A stretch of DNA of 64,000 bases from NCBI RefSeq assembly GCF_009914755.1, contig NC_060926.1; one strand, written 5' to 3'. The notes beneath the pieces are model-generated. The model was not told where the DNA came from. It was given only the letters and a program-made list of their open reading frames with translations, and searched no databases. Made by a program: the position numbers and the translations under genes. How positions within the stretch are numbered: position 1 is the stretch's first letter; each line of letters opens with the position of its first letter. The DNA is from the human T2T-CHM13v2.0 reference genome, Homo sapiens. Positions 1 to 11,300 of the stretch are shown in pieces.

Positions 1-739
1 GTGGATCAAACCTTTATTCTAATTCTTTTTACATATTTTCCTTTTATATATGCACTGCAGTGCCCTAAAAAATGCCATATTAGGAGTGCTGTATTTTTAA
101 TTTTTAGTACAAAAATTACTTTTCTGTATTAAAAATGTATTTGTATTAAATTTATGATCAATTTAGTCAGTTACTGACAGCTGAAAAGCTACTTCAGAGA
201 GGAGAGGAGGCTCAGCCTAGATTCCCTTTGGACACAGGCCCAGGAGCTTGCAGGCAGAGGATCAGCTCTGGGAGGCCCCAGAGAGAGTTTATGGTGAGCA
301 GAATCCTCACCAGGTAGTCCCCAGGCACCTGGCATGTGGCACCGTGCTTGCTCCTGTGCTCACCTGCTTTCTGTCCTGCAGTCAGCAAGCCACTCTCTTC
401 TGCCAAAGCCTGGCTCACTGGGGACACAAAGGTCTTCCCTACTAGTTGAAAGAGCCAGAGAAATTCATCTCCCTTAAGGAAGGAGAGGAGAGAGAGAAAT
501 AGAAGTTTGGAGGGGCAGGATGCAGCCTATTAATGCACATATACTTTTCTTTGCTTCACTCTAGAGTTTGGAGATAGCGAGAGATGAAAAGAAAGAAATG
601 GAAAGGGATATTATGAGGGAAAAACCCACTAAGAATGAGATATTCTTAATAATCTAAAGAAATCCAGTTTTCTTTTTTTCAGGTCAAATCCTGCTTGTCC
701 TCGGAATTCTTTAACCATCAGCTGTAGATTTAGACCGAG

Positions 740-1060
740 GAGGTTTATTCGATATTTAACGTATACTTAATGGTCATCTGCTGTATTCCAGACACTTCTA
801 CACAACGGAGGGTTTGATAGTGAAAAAGAGACAAAACTCTTTGACCTTGTGGAGTTAACATCTAGTCGGAGAGACAGGAAGAACCAGTACCTAGAGCATG
901 CCGATCGCTGGTGAATGCTACAAAGAACAAGCATTAAGTGACCTGGGAATGTGAGGCAGGAGGGGGAGGATGATGGCTATTCTAAGAATGATCAGGGAGG
1001 CCTCAGAGGCCAGATGATGTGGGCACAGGCCTGAACAGGGTGAGGGAGGTAGGGTTTCAA
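740..1060 (-). mobile_element. L2 (LINE-2) 3' fragment
   Basis: Decayed antisense L2 3'-end pattern (TTTATTC...ATTTAAC...CTGTATTCCAGACACT...GACCTTGTGGAGTTAACATCTAGT...ATCAGGGAGGCCTC); boundaries approximate. Confidence 0.55.
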
Positions 1061-1292
1061 GGGACTGAGTGGGTTTGCTTCTAGTAGCCCCTCCTCAGCC
1101 AAAGAGGAGCCTCCAGGGACCCCTAATCCAGGCTAGACAGGAGGTACTGCTGTGCAGCAGCAAGAGCCTCTCTAACTCCCCAAATATCCACCCTGGTTGG
1201 AGGGAGATGATGATAAACGTGTGAGGGCTAAAGGGGCTGCGAAGGCTCTGTGGAGGGCAAAGGCCACAAATACCAGGCCCGCGAGCTGAATT

Positions 1293-1573
1293 CATAACTG
1301 GGCACCAGCTCAAGTGTGAACCACCCTGGAAGGAACTGCTCTAATTTGCGAACCTTGAACCAAGCTGAGCCCTAAATTAATCTCTTTTTTTTCTCACTGA
1401 ACTGAGCACTGAACCAAGGATTTTTTCAAAACAGCAACAGCTAGTAAGCCAGTTTGAACCAGAACCAAGCCTATTCATTTTCTAAAAGTATTGAACTGGA
1501 ACAATATAGGAATATTAAAGTATCTTTCGAACTAAACCAGGATTGAACTGATCATTCACAAGTGCCCAGCTTG
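1293..1573. mobile_element. Candidate ancient non-autonomous hAT-like DNA transposon with subterminal GAAC(C/T) repeats
   Basis: Inverted ends CTGGGCAC (1298-1305) / GTGCCCAG (1562-1569); 11 same-strand GAAC(C/T) pentamers between them; no 8-bp TSD recognisable. Confidence 0.4.
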
Positions 1574-1869
1574 AGAAGAGAAGAAATTCTTTTTGGAGAG
1601 ACAATTCTGTGTATATTAAATGTCTGCCTTGAGAGTCATTCCCTACCAAAAAATTACACTGCCTTGTGACCTCTTTTTAAAATTTTAATCTTGGGCCTAA
1701 TTCTAATATTTAACTTTTCATTTGTACATTTCATTTGCCTACTTATTCAAATGTTCTTGATGATAGGAACCACATTTTGTATTGCCTGGAAATGTTAGCA
1801 CAATTCCTGGGATACAATAGAAGTGTGGGTATATATAGGGGAATAGGGGTGTAGGAGTGATTGGTGGCA

Positions 1870-2035
1870 TGCAATGACCAAAGGCTTGAAATTTATTCTG
1901 CAGGCCAGAGGAAACTGTGGAAGGGATTCAAGCAGAAAGTGGCAAGATCAGATTTGAGTTTTAGATGGCACTGTGGGGAAGGGGTTAGGAATGGAGATTG
2001 GTTCGAAGTGTGTATTATAGTAATCCGGGTGTGAA
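1870..2035 (-). mobile_element. L2 fragment (left part, continues at 3863)
   Basis: GAAACTGTGGAAGGGATTCAAGCAG...AGATCAGATTTGAGTTTTAG...TATTATAGTAATCCGGGTG matches antisense L2. Confidence 0.65.
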
Positions 2036-2045
2036 TCAGTAAAAA

Positions 2046-2300
2046 GCAGTGGTATTGTGTGAGCCCCAGAGGCAGAAACTGCCTAGATTCCAGTCCTAGC
2101 TTCACATGTCCTTGCTGTGTGACCTCAGGCAAGCCACACAACTTCTTTGTGCCTCACTCCCCTCCCCTGTGGAAGGTAGATGCTAATGATGCTTACTCCA
2201 TCCTGTGCTTTTGAGGTTTATGTGATACATTGTGTGTGAAATGTAGAGCACTCAGAATAGTACCTAGCACATAGTAAGTGCTCAAAAAAATTCATTATTA
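2046..2300 (+). mobile_element. MIR SINE, near full length
   Basis: MIR core TTGCTGTGTGACCTCAGGCAAG...TTTGTGCCTCA and 3' end TACCTAGCACATAGTAAGTGCTCAA. Confidence 0.8.
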
Positions 2301-2319
2301 ATTTTCATTGATAAAGTAA

Positions 2320-3862
2320 TTATATATATATACACAGCACATATATATACACCACATATATATACACCACATATATATGTATACACCACATATATATACA
2401 CACCACATATATATATACATACCATATATATACACACCACATATATATACATACCATATATATACACCACATAAATATATACACACCATATATACACCAT
2501 ATATATACATACCATATATATACCATATATATACATACCATATATATACCATATATATACATACCATATATACACCATATATATACATACCATATATATA
2601 CACCATATATATACATACCATATATATACCATATATATACATACCATATATATACCATATATATACATACCATATATATACACCATATATATACATACCA
2701 TATATATACACCATATATATACATACCATATATATACCATATATACACCATATATATACACCATATATACACACCATATATACCATATATATACACCATA
2801 TATATACACCATATATACACACCATATATACCATATATATACACCATATATATACACCATATATATACACCATATATACGATATATACCATATATATACA
2901 CACCATATATATACCATATATACACACCATCTATATATACAATATATATACACACCATCTATATATAATATATATACACACCATATATATATAATATATA
3001 TACACACCATATATATATAATATATATACACACCATATATATACCATATATATATACACACCATGTATATACCATATATATACATTCCATATATATACCA
3101 TATATATACCATATATATACATACCATATATATACCATATACACACCATATATACACCATATATATACCATATATGTACACCATATATATACACCATATA
3201 TATACCATATATATACACCATATACCATATATATACACCATATATACACACCATATATACACCATATATATACACCATATATACACCATATATACACCAT
3301 AGATATACCATATATACACTATATATACTATATATATACCATATATACACCATATATACCATATATACACCATATATATACCACATATATACCATATATA
3401 CCATATATATACACCATATATATACCATATATACACATTCCATATATATACCATATATATACATTCCATATATATACCATATATACACCATATATACACC
3501 ATATATATACACCATATATACACCATATATGTACACCATATATACACCATATATATACACCATATATACACCATATATATACCATATATGTATACCATAT
3601 ATACCATATATATACACCATATATATACCATATATATACACATACCATATATACCATATATATACACATACCACATATATACACTATATATATACACACC
3701 GTATATATACACACCATATATATACACTATATATACACACGCCATATATACACACACCATATATATACACACCATATATATATACACCATATATATATAT
3801 ACACCATATATATATATACACCATATATATATATATATATACACACACCATATATATATATA
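2320..3862. repeat. ~1.54 kb AT-rich compound micro/minisatellite, units such as CACCATATATATA, CATACCATATATA, TACCATATATA
   Basis: Directly visible; plus strand almost devoid of G; source of all the Y/I/M/V/W/C-rich and H/T/P/Y/I-rich spurious ORFs. Confidence 0.97.
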
Positions 3863-4460
3863 TGGTAGCAGCAACAGGATTGGATATGGGGGAGGAGAGA
3901 GAAGGAGAAGTTCATGATGAGTCTGCCATTTCTGATATGTGCAGTTAGGTAGATGGTGACCACATGAATGTAGGCCATTTGGGAGAGGAATCAGGTTGGA
4001 AAGGAAAATTTTAAACATGTTGAGTGGAAGGTGCCTGCAACTCATCCACTTAGGGTTCTCCAGCAGATGGTGGACTGCATAGGTCTGGTTTTTAACAGAG
4101 CACCACAGGCTATAGCTAGATACAGACATGAGAGTCATTTGCAGAGACCTAGGGTGTGTTGAAATCACCAGGAGAGAATGTCAAGTGAGCGGAGCAGAGG
4201 GACCATCAGAGAAGGTGGGAATTCCAAGTAGGGAATGATCAATAGTAATAAATACACCAAAAACTTCCGATCAACTAAAGACTGAAAGTATTTCCAGTGG
4301 TGATATGGCTTCATTGACTCCATAGCTAGTGGGGTTTCTCCAGAGGGAGGAGAGCAGAAGGCAGGTTATGGGGGATGAGGAGCAGCTAGGACGTGAGGGA
4401 GTAGGGAAAGCATGTATAGGCAGGTCTTTAAGGAACCTTGATTGTTAAGAGATGGGAGAC
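3863..4460 (-). mobile_element. L2 fragment (right part)
   Basis: GGATTGGATATGGGGGAG...TTTTAAACATGTTGAG...GGTGCCTG...CAGCAGATGG...GAAATCACCAGGAGAG, collinear with 1870-2035. Confidence 0.7.
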
Positions 4461-4564
4461 AAGATACAGGTTTCTCATTGAGTTGCCTTCCCTAAATCAG
4501 GGTTTGGTTTCACTGGCTAAACCAGGGGGACCTTATAAAAATGGTCCAAGGCGTAATATGGCTG

Positions 4565-4770
4565 ATGCCTCCACATCCTCCTGAGAAAGACCTTCTCCAG
4601 AACACCCTACCTCTCCTAGCCTCTCCTTTCAACTAATGACATGAACGTGTTTATTGCCCATCTCTTCGCCAGTAAAATCCAGGGTCCATGAAGGCAGGCA
4701 TCTTTGCTGCCTTGTTCCTTCTGTTTTCTCATCATTCAGTAATGCCTGGTATTATTTGGCATCAATGCCT
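4565..4770 (+). mobile_element. L2 3' fragment
   Basis: GTTTATTGCCCATCTC...GTCCATGAAGGCAGGCATCTTTG...CTTGTTC...AATGCCTGG resembles the L2a 3' end. Confidence 0.5.
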
Positions 4771-7700
4771 GTCACTCGCTGTGTCACTTTATCACACAAG
4801 GCTTCTATTATGGGACCCACAGGAGAATTTTCGCTCAGGCCTTATACCAGGCATGATTAGGCCTTCCCTGAGCAGCCGAATTGTTTTCATCACACGGACA
4901 CTATGCCCTGTTTTATGTTTCCCTCTGATTATGCTTTTCTCTATGCTGTGGTCACAGAAATGGAGTCAAATTTCCATCCTATTTCTAGCAGATCATATAA
5001 CATCCAGGCATGGGTTTTTGTGTGAATTCATTCAACACACCACTAACTTTGAGCTTTTTTTATCCTCATCTTATTTTCCATTTATCTGATTTCCTCCTTT
5101 CTTTATATTTGATGTTTGTTTTTCTTATCCAGAGTGCAGTTTCCCAGGTTTCTTCAAATATTTTTTGGAAAAAACTGAGGTTATATGTCAATAATGGGAA
5201 AAATAGGATGGTAAATAGGACTTGTGTGGAACTGGGTTTTGAGACAAAAGAAATGAAAAAGGGATGAGGCTGACTTTACACGTAAAGGGAGCACCCTGAG
5301 GGGATAGGGGAAGTGGGGATGTGATCCCCAGCCCTAGCGGGTTTCTAGGAGATTTCAGCTTTGTTGGAGACACATCAAAGACACTAGGAAGAGAGTAACA
5401 TAACAAGGCCATAGAAGAGCATGTGCTGTCATGAATGGTTCAGGGGGTTGTATAGGGGTACCAAAGAGGAAGAGAGCATCATAGCATATATGCTGGCATG
5501 TTCTAGAAGGCTCCATGGAGGATTTTGGGCAACTTCAGCCTCAAAGAGGGAATAAGATCTAAATAGAGCAAGTGAACCTTACATTTGTCAAGAAAGATTT
5601 GAGTGTGGCAGTGGCTTTTGGGGCAGGTGGCCAGAAATCTAGGTCCACCTTTGCTGGGAAGGAGGCACTAGCTGGAGTTTGGACGGTAGTGGGATGTTGA
5701 GGTCGCTTTGTAGATTTCAGTTTGGAAGCCCCAAACTGTGGGGGTGTCTTTGCCAAGGTCATAACAGGTTGGACTCCTCTCTTGCTTGGCTGCTCGACTT
5801 GCCCTTACTGGCCGGGCTTTTCAGATAAGTGCATTCATTCCTGCCCATTCAGATCTGCTTTCTTCACTGACCTCGGCAGCAGAGAGGCCAGGTTTGATTG
5901 AAATTTCACTTAAGGTGCACAGAGCATCCCTTCCTTGCCGAACTCATCAGCCAGCAATAAATGGAACTTCTTGACAGTTTCAAATTTCCTGCCAGGGAGC
6001 AGCTGGTGAGTGTTCCTCTGGAGAAGCAGTCTTGGAGAAATTTTATCAGTATCTGGCTAGAGAAAGTATTTTCTACCTCTCCTCTCCTTTCCTCTCTTTC
6101 ATCCCTCTCTTCTCACCCCCTCTCTCCTCTTCCCCTTCTCACCCCTCCCCTTTTATCATTGCTCTCTTCTTCTTAGTCTTACCTGTAAAGACTTTGCACT
6201 TCTTTAGTCCTTAGCCACTGAAAATTAATTTAGGGACAAGAGAAGGCCTTCTCTACACAGCCTTCTGAGTTACTCATTACTGTCTTTAAGATTCAAAGAG
6301 CAAACCCTCTTTTTTCAAGGCTTCTCTTAATGAGCCATTTCAGCATCGGACTTCCAATTTTCACCCCTGCCAGAAAACAGCCGCTGGGAAGGTTTGGGAA
6401 ACCAGTCTCCCTTCCAGAGACTTGTAGCTATTGGGCTGCAGGAGCAATATAATTATTCCCCATTAGTGCTCTATGAAAGTGCAGATGGTGTACAAAGTCC
6501 TGATGCTGTTTTGCTTGCCTTTTTTTCACCCTTCCTGAAACATTTTGGTTTATGTCCCTTCATTTCAGAAAACAAAGGTAAGGCCTGGCTCAGTGTATTT
6601 GGGTGAATATCAGAGTACAGTATCATAAATTTCCTATATGGAACCTATAATTTCTTGTTATTTACCTGGGCATTTGAAGACACCTGTTAGCCTCCAGCAG
6701 GAAACTGTGTTAATCACAACTCCCTTTGCTGCTACAGGAAGTGCCTGGTCCCCTCCCAAAATAATAATCAGTCACCTTAAAACAAAGGCAACAGCCTGAA
6801 AAATAACGTGGTGATAACTTTATTAGTGATCCCCAACAAGGCAAATAAAACAGAAGTGTAGATGTCATCTGGAGAAGAGATTTCAGACCTTGGCTAAGCT
6901 CCACCATCCCTTTTACCAAACCTTTTTGTTTTCTCTCCAGTTCTCCTCGGCTCTGAGTCTGTTGGAGATTAGAAGTATTTCTGACATGCTGTGCAAATAT
7001 ATGCAAATTCATTGTGAGTTGTCATCAACTCCACTTTCCCCCATGTGGCTGGGCTGCCTGTGCAGTGCTGGGCTGCTGGCCTCCTGGAATCGCAGCAATA
7101 TGGCCTATGCACCCTGTGCCAGGAGCCATTAGCAGCCTTGATGCATCGGATTAGGGAGCTCTGATGGCTCCATGGTGTCAGTGAGTGGTACCCGGGCTTC
7201 TAGGCTGTGGAACAGCACAAAGCAATGTCAAAGGCAGAGGGAAAGATGCTGATTTCCACTGATTTTTAAAATATCCACTTGGTTTCCCAATTTTACTTTC
7301 ATATATATGCAGCCACAGTAGAAATTGGCTATCATGACAGCAGTGATTATCTGATGATGTCCTTATACATGCATATCTTTTAGTGCCGGTCTTTTAAGTT
7401 GATTGCTGCTGAGATTTTCCAGAGGAGCACATCCTGATGTGTGTGTGGGCAGGCGTGTGGCTCTCTGTGTATGAACACGTGCAGAGTGTGAGCCACACAA
7501 GGGTCAACGTTACATTTGCATATTAATTCCAAATAACCAACATGTGACTCCTAACATGGGCATCCTCAAGCAATGGGAAAATTGTCTTGATTTTCTTGAG
7601 ATTGTTTTGGGTCCTCCCATCCTTTCCTTTAAGGTTTTTCCTATCTTCACTCACCCTCATTGGCCTGTTTGTAGGGCCCAATGAGAGAGGAAGAGTGGGT

Positions 7701-8388
7701 TCTGGGTGGGTAGGAGAATCCGAAAGGAAAAGGTATGGGTAACTGGAAGAGAATTTTAAGAACTTACGTGACTACCACCACCTTCAAATACAACTCTTCA
7801 ATTGAGAGCAGAGGATTCTTTGCTAGATTCCATTCTGTTACCTCTCTTGCCCATATATCACCATGCAAACAGTAAAAAGGTGAATGTTGGACTCACATAG
7901 GACTTTTATGTAATTGTTATAACTAATTAAGAGTCATAATTATTTCCCACTTTGGAACAAAGCCCTTTCTAACACCCTACTTATTATGCCATCACCTGGA
8001 GTGCATATGAATAAATTCCTGCTGCTACTCACCCTGAAGCTGCCCAAGGAAGAAGCAGCTCAAACAAATCTTAGCCCATGCATTTGGAGAGGCTGCCCTA
8101 ATGACTCACTGATAGTTATTGAGAAACAGATTATCTCTGTGGATGTCTGAAAGAGAAGGGAATGGTTTCAAGGGCTCAGCAGTCTCCAGAGAATATATTA
8201 CCAAAGATTCCTCTATGACTGTGCCCTATTAAAATGTATGGAAAAACAACCTGGATTCTGGGTCCCTGTAAAAGGCTCCAATCTGCATTTATCATTGAAT
8301 CTGCATCATCTTAGGCTTACACTTCAGTTATGACGACAATATGGGGCTTGACAATTCTGTCATATTTTTGATATTTAACTGATGTATA

Positions 8389-11300
8389 TTTTTTTAATTT
8401 TTAAATTTTATTATTTCAATAGGTTTTTGGGGAACAGATAATGCTTGATTACATGAATAGGTTTTTTAGTGGTGCTTTCTGAGATTTTGGTGCACTCATC
8501 ACCCAACCAGTGTACACTGTACCCACTGTGTAGTCTTTTATACCTTGCTGCCCCCAACCCTTTACCCTGAGTCCCCAAAGCTTATCATTCTTATGCCTTT
8601 GCATCCTCATAGCTTAGCTTCCACTTATGAGTGAGAACATATGATGTTTGGTTTTCCATTCCTGAGCCGCTTCACTGGATGGAGTCTCCAGTTCCATTCA
8701 GGTTGCTGCATATGCCATTAATTCATTCCTTTTTATGGACGAGTAGTATTCATGTATTTATATACCACATTTTCTTTATCCACTCATTGATGGGCATTTG
8801 GGCTGGTTCCATTTTTTTGCAATTGTGAATTGTGCTGCTATAAACATGCGTGTGCTAGTATCTTTTTCATATAATGACTTCTTTTCCTCTGGGTAGATAC
8901 ATAGTGGTGGGATTGCTGGATCAAACGGTTGACCTACTTTTAGTTCTTTGAGGAATCTTCACACTGTTTTCCATAGTGGTTGTGCTAGTTTACATTCCCA
9001 CGAGCAATGTGAAAGTATTCCCTTTTCACTGCATCCCCACCAATACCTATTATTTTTTGATTATGGCCATTCTTGCAGGAGCAAGGTGTATCACATTGTG
9101 TTTTGATTTGCATTTCCCTGATAATTAGTGATGCTGAGCATTTTTCCACATACTTAATGGCCATTTGTGTATCTTCTTTTGAGAATTGTGTGTTCATGTC
9201 TTTAGCCCACTTTTTGATGGGATTGTTCTTTTTTTTCTTACTGATTTGAGTTCTCTATAGATTCTGGATATTAGTCCTTTGTCGGATGTATGGATTGTGA
9301 AGATTTCCCACTCTGTGGGTTGTCTGTTAACTCTGCTGCTTATTTCTTTTGCTGAGCAGAACTTTTTAGTTTAATTAAATTCCATCTATTTATCTTTGTT
9401 TTTGTTGTATTTGCTTTTGGGTTCTTGGTCATGAAGGCTTTGCCTAAGCCAATGTCTAGAAGTGTTTTTCCTAAGTTATCTTTTAGAATCTTTATGGTTT
9501 CAGGGTCTTAGATTTAAGTCTTTGATCCATCTTGAGTGGATTTTTATATGAAGTGAGAGATGAGGATCCAGTTTCATTCTTCTACGTGTGGCTTGCCAAT
9601 TATCCCAGCACCATTTGTTGAATAGGGTGTCTTTTCCCCACTTTATGTTTCTGTTTGCTTTGCCAAAAATCAGTCGGCTGTAAGCATTTGGCTTGATTTC
9701 TGGGTTCTGTTCCCTTGGTCTAGGTGCCTATTTTTATACCAGTTCCATGCTGTTTTGGTGACTATGGCCTTATAGTGTGAAGTTGGGGGGTGTGATACCT
9801 CTAGATTTGTGGTTTTTTTTGTTGTTGTTGTTTGTTTTTTGCTTAGTCTTGCTTTGACTATGCGGGCTCTTTTTTGATTCCATATGAATTTTAGGATTGT
9901 TTTTCCTAGTTAAGAATGATGGTGGTATTTTGATAAGAATTGCATTGAATTTGTAGACTGCTTTTGGCAGAATGGTCATTTTCACAATATTGATTCTACC
10001 CATCCATGAGCATGGGATATGTTTCCGTTTGTTTGTGTTGTCTATGATTTCTTTCAGCAGTGTTTTGTAGTTTTTCCTTGTAGAAGACTTTGATGTTCTT
10101 GATTAGATATATTCCTAAGTATTGTATTGTATTTATTTATTTATTTATTTGCAGCTACTGTGAAAGGAGTTGAGTTCTTGATTTGATTCTCATCTTGGTC
10201 ACTGTTGGTGTACAGCAGAGCTACTGATTTGTGTACATTAATTTTGTATCCTGAAACTTTGCTGAACTCATTTACAAGTTTTAGGAGCTTTTTGGATGAG
10301 TCTTTAGGGTTTTCTATGTATACGATCATATCATCAGCAAACAGCAACAGTTTGACTTCCTCTTTTCTGATTTGGATGCCCTTTAGTTCTTTCTCTTGTC
10401 TGATTGCTCTGGCTAGGACTTCCAGTACTATGCTGAGTAGAAGTGGTGAAAGTGGGCATCCTTGCCTTGTTCCTGTTCTTAGGGGGAATGTTTTCAACTC
10501 TTCCCTGTTCAGTATAATGTTGGCTGTGGGTTTGTCATAGATGGCTTTTATTACCTTAAGGTATGTCCCTTCTATGCCAATTTTGCTGCAGGTTTTAATC
10601 ATAAAGGGATGCTGGATTTTGTCAAATGCTTTTTCTGTATCGAGATGATCACATGATATTTGTTTTTAATTCTGTTTATGTGGTGTATCACACTTATTGA
10701 CTTATATATGTTGAAACATTCCTGCATCCCTGGTATGAAACCTACCTGATCATGGTGGATTATCTTTTTAATATGCTGTTGGGTTTGGTTTGCTAGTATT
10801 TTGTTGAGGATTTTTGCATCTGTGTTCATCAGGGATATTGGTCTGTATTTTTCTCTTTTTGTTATGTCCTTTCCTGATTTGGTATTAGGGTGATACTGGC
10901 TTTGTAGAATGACTTAGGGAGGATTCCCTTTTTCCTCTATCTTTTGAAATAGTGTCAACAGGATTGGTACCAATTCTTCTTTGAATGTCTGATAGAATTC
11001 AGCTGTGATTCTATCTAGTCCTGGACTTTTTTTGTTGGCAATTTTTTAATAACCCTTTCAGTCTCACTGCTTGTCATTGCTCTGTTCAGAGATTCTATAT
11101 CTTCCTAGTTAAATCTAGGAGGGTTGTATACTTCTAGAAATTTATCCATCTCCTCTAGGTCTTCTAGTTTATGTGCATAAATGTGTTCATAGTAGCCTTG
11201 AATAATCTTCTGTATTTCTGTGGTATCAGTTGTAATATCTCTTGTTTTATTTCTAATTGAGCTTATTTGGATCTTCTCTCTTCCTTTCTTGGCTATTCTT

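Noticed and set aside
2320-3862. Array as a CRISPR-like repeat-spacer locus
   Set aside because: No unique spacers and no cas genes; eukaryotic simple repeat
2282-4168. 628-aa ORF on the minus strand and overlapping 80-250 aa ORFs
   Set aside because: Artefact of the TATATATGGTG-type repeat, which rarely forms stop codons; the flanking parts are L2/MIR sequence; no domain or codon structure
8375-8400. TSD for the L1PB1 element
   Set aside because: No convincing match to the sequence after ~14545; too decayed to call
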